Positions 58,240-64,000 of a stretch of 64,000 nt of DNA are shown here, one piece after another. Under the pieces are notes generated by a model that had not been told where the DNA came from, searched no databases, and worked only from the letters and a program-made list of their open reading frames with translations. Source of the DNA: Candidatus Eremiobacteria bacterium (GTDB lineage Bacteria; Vulcanimicrobiota; Vulcanimicrobiia; Vulcanimicrobiales; Vulcanimicrobiaceae). The position numbers and the translations under genes are program-made. The stretch covers positions 480,001 to 544,000 of the forward strand of contig CAVTRC010000002.1 of NCBI GenBank assembly GCA_963737065.1, in the 5' to 3' direction. Every line of letters begins with the position of its first letter. The stretch's first letter is position 1.

Positions 58240-59150
58240 GGTATTCTCCCCGTTGCAAAACCGGTAATCATCGCGAGCAGCAATAGCCCTCCGGCGGCAA
58301 ACGCCAACGGCAATGACATCGCAACCTCCCGATTTTGGAGCATCGTTACTCCGCCGAGGTGCGCGAGCGCAGACCGCAATTGCGAGGCGTTCTCCGCGCG
58401 CGCATATGCGCCTCCGCTTGCGTCCGCGTACGACTGCAGTGCAGCTTCATCGATCGTCGACTGCTCGCCGCCTATGACGTCTCCGTTGGGCGTTCCGATA
58501 CCGATCGTATACACCGGGATATGATGCGCGCCCAAGTATGAAGCCATCTGTTGCGGATCCGTACCCGCGTTGTTGACGCCGTCGGTGATCAAAATGACGA
58601 CGCGGTGTCCGGCTGGGGGAAGGTTCTGCGCGGCAAGTTGCAATGCATCGCCGATTGCCGTTGCACCGTTGGGATTCGGAAGCTGATCGAGCGAAGACTT
58701 CACCGCGGTGTGATCCGGCGAGAGCGGCGCAATCACCGCCGCGCCGCTCGAAAATGCGATGATGCCGACGCGCGTTCCGGCAGGCGACGCGTCGATGAAT
58801 GCCGCCGCTGCGGTTTTCGCGGCGCTCGCGCGCGTCGGCGCAACATCGGTCGACTCCATCGAGCCGGATGTGTCGATGCAGATGAAGACCGAGCCGTCGC
58901 GTGCAGGGACCGGCATGCGAACGTGCGGCCCGGCGACCGCGAGCGCACCGAGCGTAAGCGCGAGCATCCATAGTGCATTGAACGCGTGTCCGATCCACGC
59001 GCGCGGCGCGACGGCACCGGTAAAAAACGGTACGTTCGAATACACCAGATCGCGCGCGGAAATGCGCCGCTGAGCGGCAAGAAGCAACGCAGCTACCGCA
59101 ACCGCCACAACAAGCGCCGGAATGAGATACGCGGGGCGATCGAAGTTCAC
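58236..59150 (-). CDS. Membrane-anchored VWA domain protein (BatA-like)
   Basis: MIDAS motif DTSGSM, TAIGDA, LITDG; N- and C-terminal TM helices; GTG start overlaps the DUF58 stop. Confidence 0.88.
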   Translation of the reverse strand: MNFDRPAYLIPALVVAVAVAALLLAAQRRISARDLVYSNVPFFTGAVAPRAWIGHAFNALWMLALTLGALAVAGPHVRMPVPARDGSVFICIDTSGSMESTDVAPTRASAAKTAAAAFIDASPAGTRVGIIAFSSGAAVIAPLSPDHTAVKSSLDQLPNPNGATAIGDALQLAAQNLPPAGHRVVILITDGVNNAGTDPQQMASYLGAHHIPVYTIGIGTPNGDVIGGEQSTIDEAALQSYADASGGAYARAENASQLRSALAHLGGVTMLQNREVAMSLPLAFAAGGLLLLAMITGFATGRIP

Positions 59151-59968
59151 ATCGGTTTGCGCTGCGCGCGCACATCCGCGTGCAACGCCTCCGTCAGGCC
59201 AAACGCGTCGAGTACACCGGCTGCTCCATCGCGTTCTTCGAGAATACCGGTTCGCCACCCAAGCGACCTGAACGATTCGCTGAGCTTCGCTTCGCGCGCT
59301 CGTAGCGCAGCGAGAAACGCGCGCCGCTCGCGCGCGCCGATCCACACCCGGACGCGACCCGACTCGGCGCCGCGGACCCGGACAAAACCCGAAAGCGGAA
59401 GCGTGTCGTACCACGGGTCGCGCGCCAGGAGCGCCGTGCAATCGCAGCGCGCGGCGAGCGACGCCAACAGATCGGTGTGGCGTTCGCTCAAATCAAACCA
59501 ATCGCCGATTGCGAGAAGCGCCGCGCCGCGCGGCAAAACGGCGCGTGCGGTTAGCAGCGTTCGTTCGAGGTCGAATCGCGCGTCGAGCGGCACGCGCGGA
59601 TGAACGACGAGTTCTGGTCCGATTCGCAACGTGCGGTCGCCGCCGGCCGCGCTCGAGTACCAGAGCTCCAGCGCTTCGCTCGCTGCGTCAAGCAGCGGAC
59701 GTTTTCGGCCGACGCGCATCGAGGGAGAGTCATCGACGAATGCGGCGAGCGTCAGTGCGACGTCTTCAAGCACGACGCGCGTCTGTAAGTCGCCCGCGCG
59801 CGCCGTTGCCGCCCAATCGATACGCCGCACGTCGTCGCCGGGAACGTACGCGCGCAACTCGACGAATTCATATCCGTCGCCGCGATATGTCGTGGGAGAA
59901 CCCGCTCCGAAGCGGCGCGGACGGCGTTTGCCGCGTAAGAGCGCTTCACGCAGCGTAAGCGACGCCAT
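59147..59968 (-). CDS. DUF58 protein
   Basis: G.EF.ELRAYVPGDDVRRIDW.ATAR, D.SPSM motifs. Confidence 0.9.
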   Translation of the reverse strand: MASLTLREALLRGKRRPRRFGAGSPTTYRGDGYEFVELRAYVPGDDVRRIDWAATARAGDLQTRVVLEDVALTLAAFVDDSPSMRVGRKRPLLDAASEALELWYSSAAGGDRTLRIGPELVVHPRVPLDARFDLERTLLTARAVLPRGAALLAIGDWFDLSERHTDLLASLAARCDCTALLARDPWYDTLPLSGFVRVRGAESGRVRVWIGARERRAFLAALRAREAKLSESFRSLGWRTGILEERDGAAGVLDAFGLTEALHADVRAQRKPM

Positions 59969-60894
59969 TACGGCACCGGCACGCTCGCGATGATTCGATC
60001 GAGCACGAGCGACGGTCCAACGTTTTCCGTGGTTACCCGAAAGTTGAATCCGATCCGATGGCGCAGTGCGAGCGGTGCCACGGCGCGGACGTCGTCGGGG
60101 AGCACGAAATCGCGCTCGTCAAGCAGCGCTTTCGCGCGCGCGAGATGCGCGATTGCGAGCGTCGCTCGCGGGCTCGCGCCATAGTCGACATACTGCGTCT
60201 CGCGTTCGCGTGTCGCTGCGACCAGTTCGACGATATACCGCTTCAATGCGGCGTCCAAGTGGATCGCATGCGCCGCCTCGCGCCACGTACGCACGTCGGA
60301 GAGCGTCGCGACCGCATGCACCGGTTGCGTTTCCGCGACGGCGAAGCGTTCGAGTATTTCGAGCTCGTCCTCGCGGCTCGGATATGAAACGTCCACTTTG
60401 ACGAGAAACCGGTCCATCTGCGCCGCGGGAAGCGCATAGGTGCCTTCGGCATCGAGCGGATTCATCGTTGCCATGACGAGAAACGGGTCGGGCAAAGCGT
60501 GCGTCTGCGGACCGATCGTCACTTGGCGTTCCTGCATTGCTTCGAGCAGCGCCGACTGAACTTTCGCGGGCGCGCGATTGATTTCATCGGCGAGCACGAC
60601 GTTTGCAAAAACCGGTCCGAGCACCGTTGAGAAACGACTCTCATGCTGGTCGAAAATCCGAGTGCCCACGATATCGCTGGGCAATAAGTCAGGCGTGAAC
60701 TGAATGCGTTTGAACTCGCCGTCCAGAGCCGCTGCCAGCGCCCGGCACGCGAGCGTTTTTGCGAGGCCCGGCGGACCTTCGAGCAACACGTGACCGTTTG
60801 CGAGCAATCCGAGAATCAGCGCTTCCACCACGCCTTGCTGACCGACGATCGTGCGATGCAGCGCGCCGGCAAGGGCGCGCGGAGAACTCGTCAA
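59968..60894 (-). CDS. MoxR-family AAA+ ATPase
   Basis: HVLLEGPPGLAKT, RIQFTPDLLPSD, LADEINRAPAKVQSALLEAM, GASPR. Confidence 0.95.
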   Translation of the reverse strand: MTSSPRALAGALHRTIVGQQGVVEALILGLLANGHVLLEGPPGLAKTLACRALAAALDGEFKRIQFTPDLLPSDIVGTRIFDQHESRFSTVLGPVFANVVLADEINRAPAKVQSALLEAMQERQVTIGPQTHALPDPFLVMATMNPLDAEGTYALPAAQMDRFLVKVDVSYPSREDELEILERFAVAETQPVHAVATLSDVRTWREAAHAIHLDAALKRYIVELVAATRERETQYVDYGASPRATLAIAHLARAKALLDERDFVLPDDVRAVAPLALRHRIGFNFRVTTENVGPSLVLDRIIASVPVP

Positions 60895-61774
60895 GCTACA
60901 GATCCCACCATGTCGTTCAAGCGGTCGATCACGCGATCGATCGCGACGCCAAGGTCGCCGTCGTGCGTAAACGCCGCGCGTTCCAATGCGACCAGTAGGG
61001 CGCGCATCGGGCGCTCTTCCGGCTCGATTCGTCGCAGTACATCCGCCAGCGTTTCTTCATCGCTTGCGCCGACCATCTCACGCACCATCGTACGAACGCG
61101 CACGGCGTTTGGACGCGTTCGGTCGGCTTCGAGAACGGTTCGAGCGTCCCGCAACCGTTGCTCGCGCGTAACTTCCGCCGGCGCAGCGCGAACGGGCGGC
61201 GGTGGCGATGGCGGCGGCGAAGCAGGCATCGTGCGCCGGCGGCGCATCAGCAATCGCACGATGATTGCGGCGACCGCGAGAATCACCAGCCATCGCAAAA
61301 GCATAAAGGCAACGCCGCTCACGTCGTATGCGGCGGTCGCGCCCGCTATGCCGCCACCGACGGCGAGCGACAAGCGAGTTCGATGAATAGCGTTTTGCTT
61401 TGCCGTCGCGCGCGTCGATTGCGTCGAGCGTCGCCGGCGCAATCGAGATGACGCCGCTATGATGCGCCACGACGCGGATCCGCTCGGTATACGTCGTACC
61501 GCTCGCATCGTTTACGAGCGAATGTTCGTCGCCCAGAAGTTCAACTCCGCCAGGTACGGCAGATCGAGGTTGCGCAGTTCGACGATGCGCTCGCGAACCG
61601 TGCGCAGTGACGATGAGGTCGAACGCAACTTCGAGCTTCGGCGTTGACGTATCGGCGGAAAGCGTCAACTGTGTGACGGTCAGACGTTGCAGATCTTGCG
61701 CGGATGCGGGCGCGGAGCAATCCGACCGCGCAGCAAATCATCGCAGCGCGGTCTAACGCACGGAAGAAAGCCAC
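60891..61774 (-). pseudogene. Exported, membrane-anchored BatD-like gene broken by ~4 single-base indels (pseudogene or sequencing error)
   Basis: Stitched frames give signal peptide - APASAQDLQRLTVTQLTLSADT - VRERIVELRNLDLPYLAEL - ELLGDEH..KRYSSNSL - SLAVGGG - TM - Pro-rich linker - helical tail. Confidence 0.55.
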
Positions 61775-62832
61775 TCGGCAAAGAGCCGCCGCGCATCGAA
61801 CGGACCGGGCGAGGCTTCCGGATGAAACTGCACGGCCGCGACGGGAAGCGCGCGGTGACGAAATCCTTCGTTCGTGCCGTCGTTCAAGTTCGTCATCGTT
61901 TCTTCCAAATCGACGGGCAACGTGCGGCTATCGACCGCGTAGCCGTGGTTGTGCGCGGTGATCAGCACGTTGTCGCGCGTGCGGTCCTTGACCGGCTGAT
62001 TACCGCCGCGGTGGCCGTATGGCAATTTGTACGTCTTCGCTCCGCACGCGAGCGCGAGCAGTTGGTGACCCAAACAGACGCCGAAGAGCGGTTTGCGCCC
62101 GAGTAACGCGCGCAGCGTCTCGATCGTTTCCGGCAAATCCGTCGGGTCGCCGGGACCGGGCGAGATGAAGATTGCGTCGGGATCGTCTTGTAGAAGTTCT
62201 TCTTCCGTCGCATTGTATGGCACGACGGTCACTTCGCTGCCGAGCGCCGTTAACTCGCGGAGGATTGCTTTTTTCACGCCGCAATCGATCAACGTGACCC
62301 GCTTGCCGCCGGACGCGCCTTCCACGTGGCGCTCGCGCACCGCAACGCTCGGCACGAGCTCTTTCGTCGTCGCGTGGCGCACGAACTGAGCCAGTTCTCG
62401 TTCCGCGCGCTCGAGTGCGTCCTCACCGACCGCGAGCACCGACCAGATCGTCCCGTGTTCACGCAGCGCGATCGTGATCGCGCGCGTATCGGCACCAATG
62501 AGCGCCGGAATACGCTGCTCGTCGAGCCATGACGGCAGATCGGCTTTCGCGAGATAGTGGGACGGACGATACGCGATCTGTTTGATGACCGTTCCGGCGA
62601 CGCATGCGCGCGGATACTGCGCGGCGCTTCCCGAGATGCCGTAGTTTCCGATCAGCGGATACGTAAATGTCAGAATCTGTCCGGCATACGACGGATCCGT
62701 CAGCGCTTCTTCATAGCCGGTCATTCCCGTGTAAAAAACGGCTTCGCCGAAAGCGAGGCCGTGAAATTCAAGCCCGTGACCGTCGAATCGCGAACCGTCG
62801 GCGAGAAAGAGCGCTGCGGGCGTTGTGGTCAT
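61753..62832 (-). CDS. carA: Carbamoyl-phosphate synthase small subunit
   Basis: TGMTGY...TDPSY.GQI, SPGPGDP, GVCLGHQ, GHRGGNQPV, QFHPEASPGP; start at ATG 62832. Confidence 0.97.
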   Translation of the reverse strand: MTTTPAALFLADGSRFDGHGLEFHGLAFGEAVFYTGMTGYEEALTDPSYAGQILTFTYPLIGNYGISGSAAQYPRACVAGTVIKQIAYRPSHYLAKADLPSWLDEQRIPALIGADTRAITIALREHGTIWSVLAVGEDALERAERELAQFVRHATTKELVPSVAVRERHVEGASGGKRVTLIDCGVKKAILRELTALGSEVTVVPYNATEEELLQDDPDAIFISPGPGDPTDLPETIETLRALLGRKPLFGVCLGHQLLALACGAKTYKLPYGHRGGNQPVKDRTRDNVLITAHNHGYAVDSRTLPVDLEETMTNLNDGTNEGFRHRALPVAAVQFHPEASPGPFDARRLFAEWLSSVR

Positions 62833-62892
62833 CCTGAAGGCTCCCTCGTTGGCCGAAGGGGCGGCGCACACCTGGAAATAACGGCGAGCGCT

Positions 62893-63525
62893 ATGGACTG
62901 GCACTTCGCCGCGACGGCCTTTGCGACGGCGGTGACGATCATCGACCCAATCGGCATGATTCCGTTGACGGTGACGTCGACGTCAAACTGCGCGCCGCAT
63001 AAACGCGGACGTATCGTCGATCAAGCCGTGTTCGTCGCCGCAATGGTCATGCTCGTCATGGGAATCATCGGGCCGGCGGTGCTCGAGTATCTTGGCATCA
63101 CGCTGCCGGCCTTCGGCATCGCGGGCGGAATCTTGCTCTTCCTGATCGCGATCGACATGCTTTTCGCGCGTCCGCCCCGCACGCGAGCGACGAGCGTCGA
63201 AGAGCGCGAAGCACAGACGGGCGACAATCCCGCGGTGTTCCCGCTCGCAATTCCGATGATCGCGGGTCCCGGTACGCTTGCGTCGGTGTTTCTCCTCGTC
63301 AACCTCGCTCGCGGTAGTTTCGCCCGCTACGCCATCGTGGTCATCGCGTATGGACTCGCGCTCGCGATCGCGTGGCTCTGCATGCGCGGCGCCGCGCGGT
63401 ACATGCATCGTATCGGCACCACCGGCATTCACGTGGTCTCGCGTGTGCTCGGCATCATTCTGGCCGCACTCGCCGTGCAATTCGTCATCAACGGCTTGGT
63501 ACAAACGCCGCTGATCCATCGGTAA
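62893..63525 (+). CDS. MarC family membrane protein
   Basis: IIDPIG, F.IAGGILLF.IA, VFPLAIPMIAGPG, RV.G.ILAALAVQ motifs. Confidence 0.92.
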   Translation: MDWHFAATAFATAVTIIDPIGMIPLTVTSTSNCAPHKRGRIVDQAVFVAAMVMLVMGIIGPAVLEYLGITLPAFGIAGGILLFLIAIDMLFARPPRTRATSVEEREAQTGDNPAVFPLAIPMIAGPGTLASVFLLVNLARGSFARYAIVVIAYGLALAIAWLCMRGAARYMHRIGTTGIHVVSRVLGIILAALAVQFVINGLVQTPLIHR

Positions 63526-63553
63526 AGTAGCTAAAATACGTCCGGCAAGTCGC

Positions 63554-64000
63554 CTACACGTTGACGAGCCGGCCACCGACGATCGTCGCGATCGCGCGAC
63601 GCGGCAGTTCCCAGCCGGCGAACGGCGTCGCTTTTCCTTTCGATACGAATTTCGTTGGATCGACCCGCCACGGCCGGTCGGCGAAGATCGTCACGTCAGC
63701 CGGTGAACCGGCTGCAAGCGTCCCGCCCGGCACACCGAGAATGCGAGCCGGATTCGTGGAGAGCAATTCGATAAAGCGTAGCATCGAGAGATCGGGCATC
63801 GCGCGGGAATACGCGCCAATCGCCACTTCGAGCCCGGTGAATCCGACGGCCGCGTGCTGGAGATCGCCGCATTTCTCGGCGAACGTGTGCGGCGCGTGAT
63901 CGGTCGCGAACGCGTCGATCGTCCCGTCGCGAACCGCATCGCGCAAGATGCGCGCGTCATCTTCCGTCCGCAGCGGTGGATTGACTTTCCCTTCGGCCCC
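63554..64000 (-). CDS. pyrC: Dihydroorotase (3' part; 5' end outside the window)
   Basis: KVNPPLR, ATDHAPH, G..GLE, S.NPA.ILG, SKGKATPF.G motifs. Confidence 0.92.
   Translation of the reverse strand, partial: GAEGKVNPPLRTEDDARILRDAVRDGTIDAFATDHAPHTFAEKCGDLQHAAVGFTGLEVAIGAYSRAMPDLSMLRFIELLSTNPARILGVPGGTLAAGSPADVTIFADRPWRVDPTKFVSKGKATPFAGWELPRRAIATIVGGRLVNV

Overview
A GC-rich (roughly 60-65% by eye), gene-dense stretch of bacterial chromosome. It combines Terrabacteria-type genes (cdaA-cdaR-glmM, PASTA kinase plus PbpA, SpoIID, RqcH/NFACT) with outer-membrane systems (MlaEFD, RND pump with outer-membrane factor), suggesting a diderm Terrabacteria lineage such as Eremiobacterota/Vulcanimicrobiota (inference). 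Most genes are housekeeping: priA, rpsT, rsgA, glmM, glmS, panE, rph, rpoZ, gmk, queA, ruvCAB, carA/carB, pyrC, pdxH and tRNA-Gln. The most notable unannotated signals are: (1) a ~100-bp multi-hairpin element present as a ~4.5-copy tandem array between mlaF and mlaD and as a diverged, inverted single copy between gmk and rpoZ, with conserved architecture, compensated stems and C(GNA)G triloops; (2) a 13-6-13 dif-like palindrome just upstream of a lone Xer-type recombinase, near where gene orientation converges; (3) a c-di-AMP (ydaO) riboswitch controlling an NlpC/P60 hydrolase next to the c-di-AMP synthase operon; (4) a frameshifted Tn3 transposase remnant beside a Cys-rich alpha/beta-hydrolase lipoprotein; (5) several small or frameshifted ORFs missed or split by the ORF track. 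All calls come from motif recognition by eye; no database search was run.
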